Below, in pieces: positions 24,701-37,888 of a DNA stretch of 64,000 nt. Numbering within the stretch: position 1 is the stretch's first letter; each line of letters opens with the position of its first letter. Below the pieces are notes generated by a model. That model saw only the letters and a list, made by a program, of their open reading frames with translations, ran no database searches and was not told where the DNA came from. This DNA comes from Vicugna vicugna. Its lineage: Eukaryota. The stretch is taken from assembly GCA_013265495.1 (NCBI GenBank), contig MU058252.1:1770244-1834243 (forward strand), read 5' to 3'. Made by a program: the position numbers and the translations under genes.

Positions 24701-25133
24701 CTTTATGAATTTCTTAATACAATGATAAAGATGGCAGGTAAGTTTAGAACTGTATGTAATGTTACTTAACGGAATATATTAAGTCTGAGACAATAACATT
24801 ATGCAAATATACTGATTGAGTTCCTAATCCAGATCCTGGGACACAAGTTGCTACGACAGAAGTGGGGCTCTTCTTTTACCTTCTGTGCCAGATTCTGGCT
24901 AGTTCTATAATAAATGAAAAGCAGGTGATTCAAATTAAAAGTAAAGATTTGACAACTATTCGAGGCTTTTATAAAGCCTCTACAGAGTGGCAAGTATTTT
25001 TCCTGTAAAGTTTGTATATTTTGACACCAGAGAAGCCTTTTCAAAAAAATAAATAATTAGTGCAAATTAGTTTTAAACCCTCTGTTTTTTGTTTTAGTGA
25101 ACACTTTGGGAGCCAGATTAAAATGACATTCTG

Positions 25134-25751
25134 CATTCATAGCAGCACTATTTACAATAGGTAAGACATTGAAACAACCTACATGTCCATCAACAGATGA
25201 ATGGATAAAGAAGTTGTGATATATATATATATAATGGATATATATATATAGATATATATATATATCTATATATATATATAATGGAATATTATTCAGCCAT
25301 AAAAAAGAATGAAAGAAACAATGCCACTTACAGTAACATGGATGAATCTAGAGATGATCATACTAAGTGAAGTAAGTCAGACAGAGAAAGATAAATATTA
25401 TATGATATCACTTATATATGGAATCTAAAAAAATGACACAAATGAACTTACTTACAGAAACAGAAATAGATTCACAGACATAGGAAACAAACTTACTGTT
25501 ATGAGGGGGCGAAGGGAATGAGGAGGGGTAAAATGGGAGTTTGGGATTTGCAGATACAAAGTACTATATATAAAGCAGACAAACAAGGTCCTACTGTACA
25601 GCACAGGGAACTACAATCAGTATCTTGTAATAAGCCTATAATGAAAAAGAATAGGAAAAGGAATATATATATATATGTTTATATAACTGAATCACTATGG
25701 TGTACACCAGAAACAAATACAGCATTGTAAATCAACTATCCTTCAATTAAA
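25134..25751 (+). mobile_element. 5'-truncated L1 with 14-bp TSD and internal (TA)n
   Basis: TSD aaaatgacattctg at 25120-25133 and 25752-25765, preceded by TT (the L1 endonuclease TT/AAAA site). Confidence 0.95.
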
Positions 25752-25824
25752 AAAATGACATTCTGAAAAATATTTCATTGTTTGTAAGACCACTGCTAGT
25801 TCTAAGAAACTCTCAATGTGGCAT

Positions 25825-26348
25825 TAAAGAAAAATTGCACTGGACAAGATGAACAGATGGAAGCTGACTGTATTCCCACATGACTGAGAGCAATGCAGGC
25901 AGGATGGACCAAGTTTGGAGACTCTGATCCACTGAAGTGAAGGGCGGAGTTTTCCAGAGCTGGGAGGGGTTGGTGGCCATCAGTGTTTGCTAAGTGGCTT
26001 CCCCCAAAGGAAAAGTTAAACCTCCTGGCTTTCTGACAGAAGGTAATTTTACAACCTGGAGCCTGGCGCCCGGAAGCTAGGCTCTCCCCCTCCCACAGAG
26101 ACTGGAGGTGGGGCCCTCTCCCCTGATGTTCGCATTTCAAAGCGATGGCTCCCAGGTCCTTGAGAAAGACATTCATGGGTTGTAAAACTGGTGAGAGGCT
26201 TCAGAAAAGATTTACATCTCAAAAGGGCAGAGAAGGGATTTTCAATTATAAGTTTTCTGCAGTAAATGCTCTCAGAAAAGGGAGGTCGGGAAGAAATCTA
26301 TCTAAATTTCAGTCCAGCTGAGGGGAACGTGAGGGCTGTCTCGGTCAG
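25825..26348 (-). mobile_element. ERV1 solo LTR (MER67-like)
   Basis: Reverse strand starts tgaccgagacagccctcacgttcccctcagctggactgaaattt and contains gatggctcccaggtccttgagaaagacatt. Confidence 0.75.
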
Positions 26349-26532
26349 TGGTGTCACCTGTGAAACTCCAGCTTGTTACTTGGTACCTATCCTGATCTCA
26401 GTGATGCAGGTACAGGACAGGATGCTTGAGGTAGATCAGGACCAGTGTTCCAGGACCTCTGCCTGTGGAAGAGGTTTCTTCAGTGACCTTTTACATATAC
26501 AGTTGGCAAAGAACACTTCCATTCACCATCAC

Positions 26533-26667
26533 TTGTTTTATTTTTGGTGGGGGGCTGTTGGGGGGTAATTAGGTTTGTTTGTTTATTTAGATGGAGGCAC
26601 TGGGGATTGAACCCGGGACCTCGCGCATGCTAAGCATGCGCTCTCCCTCTGAGCTGCACCCTCCCGC
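26533..26667 (-). mobile_element. Camelid tRNA-derived SINE (vic-1-like)
   Basis: ggaggcactggggattgaacccgggacctcgcgcatgctaagcatgcgctc. Confidence 0.9.
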
Positions 26668-27749
26668 CACCTTCTACATTGTTTCCACATAGCTTTGTCC
26701 CCGTGCTGTGACTGACTCCCTGGGTTAGCTGCTGAACTATCTCCTCTCAGCTCCCGGTCCTGCCCTCATGCTCTGTTTGGCGGTGCCGGGCCTGGGGCTC
26801 TGCCTTGTCAGCGTCGTCCCAGGCAACGGGGCAGTGTCTGCAGTGGGGAGAGCTGGAGGGGGACCTTGAGGAGGAGGAAGGGCCACCCCCACTCCACTCT
26901 CTTCCTGGTGCGTCCCATCTGGCTCCCCTTCCTGTGAGCAGTCCCTGGCAGCCCCAGGGGGACTGAGACACCCCGTCACCCTCCAGCTGGGCAGAAACAA
27001 GAAGGGCTTGTGCAGGGACTGGGCCACCATCTTGGAACCTGGCCCCCAGCTTTCTTCCTGTGCTGACTCCAGATCTCAGCTTGCACAGCAGAGCCGTCTT
27101 TCTGAGATTCTGCCTCTTCCGTAGTTTGTATGTAAAACCTTCAATCAGAGCAAAGGGTCAGTCTGTCAATTGTGGGCAAGATGATTATTCACTTAAAGTG
27201 TGAATATGTCCAGGACGCTGTTCCTTGTGACCCCTCGGGAAACCGTGTGTGTTCTGATACTTCTGATCTCAGCCTAATGTATTGTTTAGTAAGCTAAATC
27301 CATTGGAGTGTTGTTGCACACCAGAGAGATTTAAAAAGAAGAATGCAAGTGTTAACAACATTTTTCACTTGGCCAGACTCAACACATGCCAGTTGAATGT
27401 ACCAGTAACCCCTAAAGGGGAGGGCATTGCCGTCAGTAAAAAGGCCCCTGGGGAGAATACGGAGTGACTGCAAATACATACTTGTAATGTATAGATTGCT
27501 GGGAGATGGCTTCTGACCTCTCTGTCTCTCTCTCCGTATATTTCTCTTTGTCCTTGAAAATGCTGCTCTATTGTGTTGTTTGTAGACATCTTAGCTTCTT
27601 TGCGTTTAAATACTCGGAACACTAAATATGAGGTAAATTTTAAAAGTTGACCAAGATGCATCCTCCCCCGCCATATCAAAATGTGTGAGCTCAAACGTAT
27701 TTCTGTGATCTGCTTTTGTGTCTTGTCTATTAAATTGAACTCCCAACTA

Positions 27750-28215
27750 CATTGCAGCACTGTTCACAATAGCCAAGACATGGAGACAACCTACACGTCC
27801 ACTGACAGATGAATGAGTTAAAAAAGTGAAATGTACACACAATGGAATGTTATTCAGCCTTAAAAAGAGAAGGACATCCTGCAGTGTGAGACAACGTAGA
27901 GGACACGTTATGCCAAGTGAAATGGGCCAGTCACGGAAGGGCAAGAACTGCATGACTCCTCGAATATGACATCTAAAACGGTCAAACTCACCAAAGCAAA
28001 GAGTAGAATGGTGGTTGCCAGGGGCTGGGGAAAGGGGGAAATGGGGCATTGCTAACCCATGAGTATGAAGCTCCAGTTATGCAAGGTGGATGAGTTCTAG
28101 AGATCTGATTACAGGCAGCATTGTACCTACAACAATACTGTATTGCACACTGAAAAACCTGTTAAGTGCGTAGTTCTTACATTCAGCGTTGTTACCAAAA
28201 TTAAAAAAAAAAAGA
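27750..28215 (+). mobile_element. L1MA/MB-like 3' end
   Basis: cattgcagcactgttcacaatagccaagacatggagacaacc...poly(A) at ~28203-28213. Confidence 0.9.
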
Positions 28216-28556
28216 GTTTTGCCCTCTTTAAGAAATAGTTCCATATATCTTTCTAGTTTTTTTTTTTTAATGTGAGCCCTGATAATGAATTTCTGACATC
28301 TAAAAAGAATTTGTGAGGGAAAGAAGTTGAGAATGAAAAATACAATTTTCTGGTCCTAAGACAGAATAGTTATTGGAGAGCACTGCCTTGCAAAACATTT
28401 CTAAACTGGTGCTAAACCAAGAGGAATGTATCTCAAACCTTAGAGCTAATAAAGTGGGTGTTAAAGACTAACCTGTAGCTTTGTGAATTACAGACGCCAT
28501 TTCAGAAGAAATGACGATCTTGTGGTGTTGAAGCGACTATTAGGAGACCAGCGCTG

Positions 28557-29110
28557 TGCACTATTTACAACAGCCAAGATGCGGAAACAACCTAACTGTC
28601 CATCGACGGATGACTGGGTAGAGACGTTGTGGTACACTTACACAGTGGAATACTACTCAGTGATACAAAAAAATAAAATAACGCCATTTGTGGCAACATG
28701 GATGGACCTGGAGATCATCATTCTAAGTGAAGTAAGCCAGAAAGAGAAAGAAAAATGCCATATGAGATCACTTATATGTGGGATCTAAAAGGAAAAAGAG
28801 GACACTAATGAACTCATCTACAAAACAGAAACAGACTCACAGANNNNNNNNNNNNNNNNNNNNNNNNNNNNNNNNNNNNNNNNNNNNNNNNNNNNNNNNN
28901 NGGAGTTTGAGCAAATGTTAATTACTATATATAAAAATAGATGAACAGATTTCTTCTGCAGAGCACAGGGAACTATGTTCAATATCTTGTAATAACCTTT
29001 AATGGAAAAAATATGAAAAGAAATGTACGTATGCACATGCATGACTGGGTCATTGTGCTGTGCACCAGAAACTGACACATTGTAACTGACTATACCACAA
29101 TTTAAAAAAT
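28557..29110 (+). mobile_element. Lineage-specific L1 3' end (contains the 58-N gap at 28844-28901)
   Basis: ORF 28483-28788 ends VEYYSVIQKNKITPFVATWMDLEIIILSEVSQ, the L1 ORF2 C-terminus. Confidence 0.92.
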
Positions 29111-29199
29111 TCACAGTGATGGGGGACAAAAAGAAAAAAAGGGACAGCCCTGTGGGCTGGGGCAGCCCTCCAACATGCAGGAAGAGCAAGAAGCCGAAG

Positions 29200-29390
29200 T
29201 CAGACAAGCTGGATTCGAATCCTGTCGTGGGTGGCTGTAGGATCCCGGCGGTTGCTTACCTTTGTGGGCCGCACGCTGCTCTCTGTTAATAGAGGGTGAA
29301 GACACCCGTTAGGTTCAGTGTGAGGATGAATCACAGTGTGTACGAAGTCCCGGCAGCATGTGTGACCCCAGGAGGCGCTCGGTGAGTGGG
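29200..29390 (+). mobile_element. MIR SINE
   Basis: gtcagacaagctggattcgaatcc...gtgtgaggatgaatcacagtgtgtacgaagtcccggcagcatgtgtgacccca. Confidence 0.65.
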
Positions 29391-31889
29391 GGCAGATGGA
29401 GTGAAGGACTCGCCTCCAAGAAACAAACACATGCAATAACTTAGCATTTGTACAGGAATCAACTGGCAAAGGAGGAGTCTAAAGAGTAATCTTATCAGGA
29501 GAACTAAGCAGAGGACAACTCACTGAAATGGTGCTACCTCCATGGACACGGAGCAAGAGTGACTGGTTTCAAACTAATGAAAAGTGAAATATGGCATCCT
29601 CAAGAGAGTAAAAAAACAAAATTCCCGTTGGATATTGAGATGAGAGACAACTTTGAATCTTTATGTAAAGCAACTGAAAATCCAAATTATGAAATAGCAA
29701 TGGAGAAAGGAATCTAGAAATAAACCAAGTACTGGACCCAAATGAGTTTCCACGGTAAGGATCTGGATTTCAGTCTCTGCATAAGAAAAGAAGAGGGATA
29801 AAGAATGAAATTCATTCACATACATCTTGAGCCTCTGTTTGCTTTTTCCCCCCCAAATTTCATGGGGTCTTAATGAGATGGGAATTAAGTCTTACGTATA
29901 CAATGCAGTCTTTCCCTTATAGGAGAGGAACCGTAGCACAGAACGGCTCATTCAATTAAGCTGTTTGGCTAACCCAGTCATTCTAAACTTCATCCTAAAT
30001 CTTTTGAAGGGACTGAGGTTCTTTCTGAGTGACGTTCTCTGTGGTATTCCAATGAGACAGAGACCTTATCAAAGACAGACTTAGCAAAATGGACAGCGTG
30101 AAGTGTCTACAAATGTATGGTTGCCTTTTAAAACATGGAACACACCTAATTTCACTTCATTCTCTTATCCTGTCCATTTTATAGATGACAGGTCTGAAAG
30201 CTAGATGTCTCCCAGGTCAGTTCTACTGTACCTGAATTTCTGTTGAAATTCCATCTTGCCCCAAATGGATGCACTTGCCATGTTGAATCTGGTCTTAAGG
30301 TCGTCTTCGACCTTCTTTTTCTCAGACACCACTCTCTTCCTTTGTCTTCTCAATTCCCGACTCCTAGAAGGGGTCCTGGCCGGGGTCCTTTTCATGACTG
30401 GGTAAGGTGCTAACTACGTTGCTAGCAGGAAAAAGCCACAAGTGGTTGTGACTCCAAGATAAATTTGCATTTTTGGTCAGAGATTCTTGAAGATAAAAAC
30501 GTTCTTTAGTGTTTCCCATTCAAGATGGTCACTGAACTCCAATGTGTATCTCTTTTTCCTCGACAAACCACATTAAAGTTATTATAAGGAAATAAAAAGA
30601 ATTTCTTGTGAGAGTCCCATCCATCGATCAGCGATGTGGGGGGATTTCTGAGAGGCGGGAAGGGTCGATACTGACAGGCAAACAAAGCAGAGGAAGCTTC
30701 AGGGTGAATCAGGGAAGGAGAAATTACGGACAAGGAGGACGCTGATCTCACTGGCAGGGATCCCGGAAAAGTCCCAAGCAAGGAGTCAACAGGTGTGCAC
30801 AGGTGAGTGGGCGGGGTTGTAATTCAGGTTGAACAGTTGAACTTCCCAGCCGGAGGAGGGTCAGGAGACGTTATTTAAAATGCATAAATCAGGGGTACAT
30901 GGCGATGAATACCTACTGAGAGACGGCAGGCTTAGCACCACGATCTCCGTGTCCAAACATGATGCAGGAGCAGATCCATAAGCCTGGAGGGACCAAGGAG
31001 GTGGGGACAGTGGGCATCTGGCAGGGACCACACTGGCCGGTGATGACTGTCCCGTGCCTTGGTGCTGTGTTAGATCACTGCACTCAGCAGTTGTCCTGGG
31101 GCAGAGATGGGTAAGAATGGCGAAAGCTGAATTGTATTTCACACCATTTCAGAAAGATGGGAGCTCCTCAGGAACCTCACTTAATTGCAGAAAATAAAGA
31201 AATTTGGTCTTTTCGGACATGTGTTCACACATCCTTCACTGTTATTGATGTTTTGTGAGTTTGGGCTGATTTTTCCTTAGACAACAGAGCAGGTTCAGAG
31301 GCCATGATTACACTTTGTTCGGCCATGTGCATTTCATAATGTCCCAATTAGATGTTTTTAGTCACAGTTTAAAATTTCTGCACATTCGCAAATGCCAACC
31401 CCTAAATCCACCTTTCACGGATTGACTACTCTCCTGCAGGGAAAACGCATTTCCTCCGGCAACAGAGGAAGACGGAGTGCAGAGGCGTGTTGTGCAGGGA
31501 GCATCAGCCTTTGTGCCCGGGGGGTGGGGTGGTGTCCGTCCCCGGTTCCCCTGGTAGTTTTAGCAGTGGCTGGGGGAGGGAAGGCTGTTTCACACAGGTG
31601 GTTGTAAACGTGACCAAGGTCCCTACAAGCTCGGCTGCATCACAAGTTGGCATGCATGCTTATGGAATTCAGAAGTACAGATTACACGTCATCTTCATTT
31701 TTTGCATTCTTTTTGATTGAAGTCAGTTTACCATCTTGTGCCAGTTTCATGGAACGGCACCGTGTTCCATGAGATTACGTGTGCTCTTATCTCCGTGGCC
31801 AACCTCCCTGGTCCACGCGTCTGGAGCCAAGGTCCATTTTCCTCACTTGCTCCTTCGCCAGGTGGACAGACCCCTCGGCCCCCCCCGCC

Positions 31890-31930
31890 TGCGCGTGTGC
31901 ACATGCGTGTGTGTGTGTGTCTGTGTGTGT
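31890..31930. repeat. (TG)n microsatellite
   Basis: gcgcgtgtgcacatgcgtgtgtgtgtgtgtctgtgtgtgt. Confidence 0.9.
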
Positions 31931-33399
31931 TGAGCATTACAGTGAACTTCTCTGACCGCTCATCTTTTCAGGCCAAACAAAGGTTTGGGTACCTGTTTGA
32001 GGCCAGGATAGACAAAGAGACTGAGTTGGAGAGCCTTGTGCCCTGGAGGGAGAGAACCGGTCCAGGGTCCAGGAGGAGGGCGTGAGGGAGGTCATAAGTG
32101 ACCAGTATCCAGTGGCTTCACCGTTTGGCGGAGGCGGGACCCTGCCGGCTTTTGTCTCATGCACTGTGAAACTTGCATCTAAGTGTTCTCTCTCTGCTTT
32201 TGCTCCCCACTTCCACCCTCCCATTCTTTTCCCAGCTCTCTAGGATTCCAGAACGAATGAATGCCTCATTGGGGAATATGAATAACAAAACGAAAAACTT
32301 GTAGCAATCAGTGCTTAATTGCGTTGCATTGTATTCAGGACCAGGATATCTCACAGCATTGCTCATATTGCCCGGCATCCTTTCAGGGAACAGTTGGTAC
32401 CCTTGATGGCACAAGAGCTGGTAAGTGACACCTCCTTCCCGCAGCAGTGGTGGCAGCCCCAGCTTTCTGGCTAATCACATTAGTTCCTCTCTGCGCTCAG
32501 ACAAGTCAGAAGGAATCATCTCGTCTGCGCCTGATAAGGAAATGCAAACACTGTCATGGCGTGAAGTTAATAAGAGAAGATGGGGAGACAGCTCACATAG
32601 TACAAATGAAACTTTTGGATGTAATAAATGATTTAGGAAGGCAGTGGACGAAGGCTTTCTGTCTTTCCCTGGGACCCATTTCTCTTCCACGAGGGAGGGG
32701 GTGGCCAGTGAGGAGCGGTTCCGTGCAGCTGCTTTACAGACGCTCAGCTTCCCTCCTACTTTGGTTGTTTTCCTGGTGGAGATGGTGAGGTTTGGTGTCG
32801 GAGGGCCATCCCTGGACTGGTTAGTTTCACATACATTTCACAGCGTTGCTAGGTCTCCACGCCCCTTTAGCAGTGCTCACCGACTTGGTCCAAAGATGAC
32901 AGCTGAGAGTCGGCTAAGATAAGCGAAGCCTTTTGATAGACTTGTCTCACTATTAAAAAGTTAAAGGGTATTTGTGGCTTTGAAAAACAGAAATACAGCC
33001 ATTTGGAATCTGACCTTGAAAGCAGTCACTCAGCTGTTCGGTGGAGATAACATTATCATTATCTGTAAGTGAACCATTCTTCCCCCAAGGTAGCGAGACC
33101 AAAGTTAGGCGGAAGTGTGGGCCTGCAAGAGGGTATTTTCGGAATAAGGAAACCAACCGGGGAGAAAAAGAAACATCCGAGGAAATAAAATCGTGACGGC
33201 GCTCCCCTCTCGCGTTTGTGCTTATCCAACAAGCATTAGTTAGGCTGGATCGACGCCAAGCAAGGTGCTATATGTGAATAAATTAATGGCACGTCAGCAA
33301 ACGGTGCTTTAGAGAGAAGGGGTAATGGGAAGGCGGTTCCTGCTTCCATTTCAGGAGTAACTGTTTATTAAACCGTTTGTCCTCATTTCTCCCCTCCCG

Positions 33400-33797
33400 C
33401 CCCCGGCCAGCATCTCCCAGCACGCAGAGTCGGGAGGGTGTATTCCTCAGCCCCGTGGTCCTCGGGCCTGACTACTTGCTTTGGCCAACGGAATCTTAAT
33501 GAACTTGATGTGACCAGGGGTTTTAAATGTGCTTGAGTGTTCTGGCTGGGCCTCTTGCCCTCCTGGGGTCCATCATGAGAAGGACGTGCCCGTGACAGCT
33601 GCTGGTCCAGAGAGACAAGTGGAACAGAAGTGAACTCGAAGCAAAGCCGGAAGCCAACGTCAGCTGCCTCTCAGCCCAGCACAAGGCGGCTCCCAGCGAT
33701 GTGCAGGCTCATGAGGCACCGAAAGCCACCAGCGCAGGTTGTAAGCGGCTGAGTCTTGGCGCGGTTTGTCACACAGCCTTGGAGCAGCTCATATAAC
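33400..33797 (+). mobile_element. MaLR LTR (MLT1H/I-like)
   Basis: acttgctttggccaacggaat...catcatgagaaggacgtgccc...ttgtaagcggctgagtcttggcgcggtttgtcacacagc. Confidence 0.75.
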
Positions 33798-35414
33798 CTT
33801 TCAAGTTAAATTGAAATTAATCAAATGGGGGGTAGAATATGAAAAAGGTAAAGTCTGGGGCCAGCTTATGGATATGCACTATTGGTCTCAGTTAACAACA
33901 ACAGTGACTTTAGTTTTGAAACTATTTGAAAGCCTGCTCTAGCTGAAAAAAATCACAGAGGGACAAAAAGAAAGGCCTCCACGGAGGCGCGTTTCCGCAG
34001 TCCAGGAAAGGTGGCCCCGTGGGTCGGTGACTGTCCTCGGAATTCTCAGCAGTTTTACAAAGTACCGTCCTTGGCCGTCACAGGTCATTACACAGCTCTC
34101 CCTTCGTGGCTCCCCTTCCAGCTCGTGGGGGTGACGCGTCCCGCCCCTGGCATTGCCCGGTTAGCCTCTGAGCCACCAACGCTGGACAACGTGCTGCCGC
34201 CGCCATTGGAGCTGAGGCTGCCAAGGCCGGGGGTCAGGGGCCCTGTCTCCACGGAGGGCACGGTGTCTTGTCAAAGCCGACTCTGCGGGAGCCAGTTCTG
34301 CTGATTCTCACTCAAGCGCTCGTGGCTACCATCGCATCCCAGCACCCGTCCATGTCAGTCAGGGCTGGGATAAACAGCCCAAGAGACAGACACTGCTCTG
34401 CAGATGGATTTCTCTTCTCAATCTCCGGCAAAGCCCACTGCTGGCAGACCCTGCGTCAGAACTGTGACTTCCCTCTTGTGCTGACTTCTCTGCTAGGCAT
34501 CTCCCTGGTGCTTCTGCAGTCACGCCTCAGGGCTGCCAGAGTCACCATGGGCTGGAGCTCCGCATGGGGATTTGCACACACTTTGTTCTTCTGCCAAGGA
34601 GGGTGAAACTGGGGTGAGTTGATGGAGATCTGATGGCCTAGAATCATCAATATTAAAACAAGGAAGGGACAGAGGACCTGTGGGAGAGACACTGGATGGT
34701 CGAGTGTGTTCTGGGCTGGCGCAGGGAATCCAAGGCACTTCCTTGGCAGGGAGATCCTGCCTTGAGTGCCGTGGACAGACGGGATGTCGTGCAGAACCTG
34801 GACGGTTCTGAGACGGCAGGTCGATACCCTAAGGACCCCAGTTTTGCAAAACTAAAAATCCATGACCTAGAATGGAAGTGGAGTCACAGATTACGGCAGG
34901 ACAGTGACCTCCAGGGACAGTGCCAGGAGACGAAGCCATAAAACGAATGCGAGACTGACGCTGGCAAGGACTCTTAATGCTTCGACTGACTTTTTTTATG
35001 CGTCTGGTCCGTAGTTTAATGAGATGGTTTCTAAGGCTCCTTGTGCCTCTAACTTTCTCTGATTCTGTCTAGACGTTTAGTGGAAAATTTCAGCTGCTTT
35101 CCTGATGCGGCCGCCACACGTCTGCTCTTCTAATGGGCTTGCTGTATATCCCGGGGAACCAGGGGAGGGGGGATAAATCAGCCGGAGTTTCATCCACTCC
35201 TTCAATCGAGGGAGGAAGAGTGTCGCCTCATACGGGGAGGGAGAGGCTGGAAGGCTTTCCTGTCTGTGGGAAGAAGAGATGATGGGCTGAAATAAATGAT
35301 GCACAGACACTGTCTTTGCGTAGCTACGATAAGACATTCAAGGAGGGGCAGGAAAGCCTGGGAAGGCCCCCGTGTCTGGGAGCGCGACAAGGTCGGGAGT
35401 CTTGAGTTTTGCAC

Positions 35415-35568
35415 ATTTTGGTTTTATTTATTTATTTATTTACTTAGGGAGGAGGTAATTAGATTTGTTTACTTACTTATCTATTTTTTCTAATGGAGGC
35501 ACTGGGGACTGAACCCAGGACCTCGTGCATGCTAAGCACACGCTCTACCCCTGAGCTGTACTCTCCCC
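35415..35568 (-). mobile_element. Camelid tRNA-derived SINE (vic-1-like)
   Basis: ggaggcactggggactgaacccaggacctcgtgcatgctaagcacacgctctacccctgagct with a (ttta)n tail. Confidence 0.9.
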
Positions 35569-36419
35569 TCCTTGGCTGTATTTATAATCACTCTCCAATC
35601 TCCCATATTTTGCTAAACTCCAACTTTTATTTCATTCGCAGAACTCAGCCTCCTAGTGTTTTTTACGGGGGAAAGCTGATTATAAAAAGTCGATTCTTCA
35701 CTATTGGGCTTAATCCTTTGTGCTAAAAGATTAGTAAAATCTCATCAGTTCAGACCTGCTGATTTTAAATCTCTTTTTGGAAGCAAGTATGTTCCTTCCT
35801 TCTTCAGAATCCTGTGATTTGTGACCCACAGACCAGGAGACAGATTGAGGGTTATCTCTGTTCCTTTGGAAAAGTGGGGCATAAAAAAATCAGTTAATAC
35901 ACAAAGCTTAGCCTTCTTAAGAAGCGAAATTAAGAAGTTCACTTTAAATCTCTTAAGCACTCCCTTTGGTGCATGCAAAATGCCCACGTGTTACTTAAAA
36001 AACAAAACAAAACAAAACTCTTATCTCCTTTCAAAAGCAGGTTTCAAAAAACCCTGCAAGTTGTAACTTGTGTTGATTTTGGGCTGGGTTACTTTACTCT
36101 CTGTGGGAAAAAGCAATAATACTTCTCGTTTAAAATAGTTCATGATTTTTTTTGTCACTTCAGATGAGACTTGTCCTTCAACCCTGAATCAGCGAGCCAG
36201 TGTTTGCTGAGATGAAATTCTGCAGGAGAATAAACGGGTGCGTCGGGGCTGTCTGTCCTGAAGGAGATTGAAGTGGGGTCGAGGAAACCGAGCCTCCGTC
36301 TGCTTTATGTGTGAAAACGTGGCTGCCAGCGTGAGCCAGGGGAACGAGACGCCTGTCCTTGGAGTCCTCCCTGCTTAGCAGGAACGAGGCTTACAAATAG
36401 TTAATTCCCTAAGCGGACA

Positions 36420-36906
36420 TTCGGCTCCCGTGGTTCCCAGCCCCTGCTCTCCCTCCCGCCCTGAGGTCTGCACAGGTGATCTGTGGTCCCTCCTGGGAGG
36501 TCCTCCACCAGGGCCCGCCCAGGCTCTTCCCACCCGTCTCCGCTTCTCACTCCCTCTGGTTCTTGGGACCAGCTGATCGGTCTCAGCGGGAAGCCCTGCA
36601 AGGAGGTCGGGGCGGGACGAGGGCAGGTCGGGGTCCTCAGTCTTCGGCTTTCTCTGTGGGGGCGCTGGCTGTATCCCTCCGCTAAAAGAAGCTGCTCTCT
36701 CCGGGAGAGCTGACGTCCAGCGCCCCTTGCCTTCCAGGGCTTGGTCACCCAGTCCTTGGCTTGTGCCAGCCCTGGGCTCCTACTGTCTCCAGTCTGGTTC
36801 CCTACACTCTGACCTCACCTCCATAATTCGCCCCTTTGCAAATAAACCCTCCTTGAAATTCCCAAAACTCAGTGTTCCGGTTTGGATGGGGACCCCGACT
36901 GGTCCA
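36420..36906 (+). mobile_element. ERVL LTR (LTR33-like)
   Basis: 3' end aataaaccctccttgaaattccc...gggaccccgactggtcca resembles the LTR33/LTR16 terminus; 5' limit uncertain. Confidence 0.55.
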
Positions 36907-37656
36907 AGGACCTCCCTGTCAAGCTCATGAACTGGCGGAGTAATGCAGATGGGGGACCTGGAAGCCCCGTGGTCCGAGGGCCCCTTCGTTTATGCCGTCG
37001 GGCAGTCATCTGGCTCCTTTGCACCTCACTGCAAACTTCGAGGTGGTGAAGCCCAGCACAGTTCTTAAAGAAAAAATAATTTGTGCCCAGCAAATGGAAC
37101 CGATTGTAAAAGGAAATTGCTCACGGTGATTTAGTGAATTGTCAGGTTTCCATTTCATAAATAACAAAATAGAAATTAGGAGCATGTCAGAACGCATTAG
37201 CGCTCACACATAAATAAAAGTGATTTTATTAGAACGGGTAAATTATGCTGCTTAATTCACACTGTCATGCCAGGCATTTTGCTATATATCCTATGGGTTT
37301 TTCCCTCCCTGGGTGTGTTACAGTTCAGCAAGGCAGACATGTTGGGTAAGCGATGTAATAGGAATGCAATTACGAGTAAATAAATCTTGTTTTTCTGTGT
37401 TTCATACAGTCACGATTGGCTCTCTTTCCACCGAAATGTAGGGCAGAGCTTCGTGACAATGGGAGATTAATGCTCTCTCTCAGTCCCTCTCTCTCTTTCT
37501 CTCCCTCTTTTTAAGGCCAAGTGTGGAAAAGAGATGAAGAGATGAAGAGTCTGTTGATGAACTTTGGTCTTCAGCCAGATGGCGTTGGTCCTGCCTGTGT
37601 TCTGGTTTCTGGGGAGAGGACGTCTTTGTTTTGCTCGGTGAATTGATGGTCACAGG

Positions 37657-37777
37657 ACAGCTGGTCATGTCAGGCAGGCCAAGTCGTAAGGTACTGGAGG
37701 CAGGACAGTGTCCAGAAAATAAACTTGCATTGATTTCATTTCCATAAGTGCGTAATCCAGGTTGGAGGACAAGACAG
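37657..37777 (+). repeat. 121-bp direct duplicate of 38790-38910
   Basis: Ungapped alignment at offset 1133 with 6 substitutions. Confidence 0.97.
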
Positions 37778-37888
37778 ATACACACATGGAAGTGTCAGTT
37801 ACACTAAAGGAGGACACCAGGGTGAGGGTCAGGAGGGCAGGAGGGGTCTGAGGAGCCCTCCGGGAGCACACTGAGCTTGAAGGGCAGG

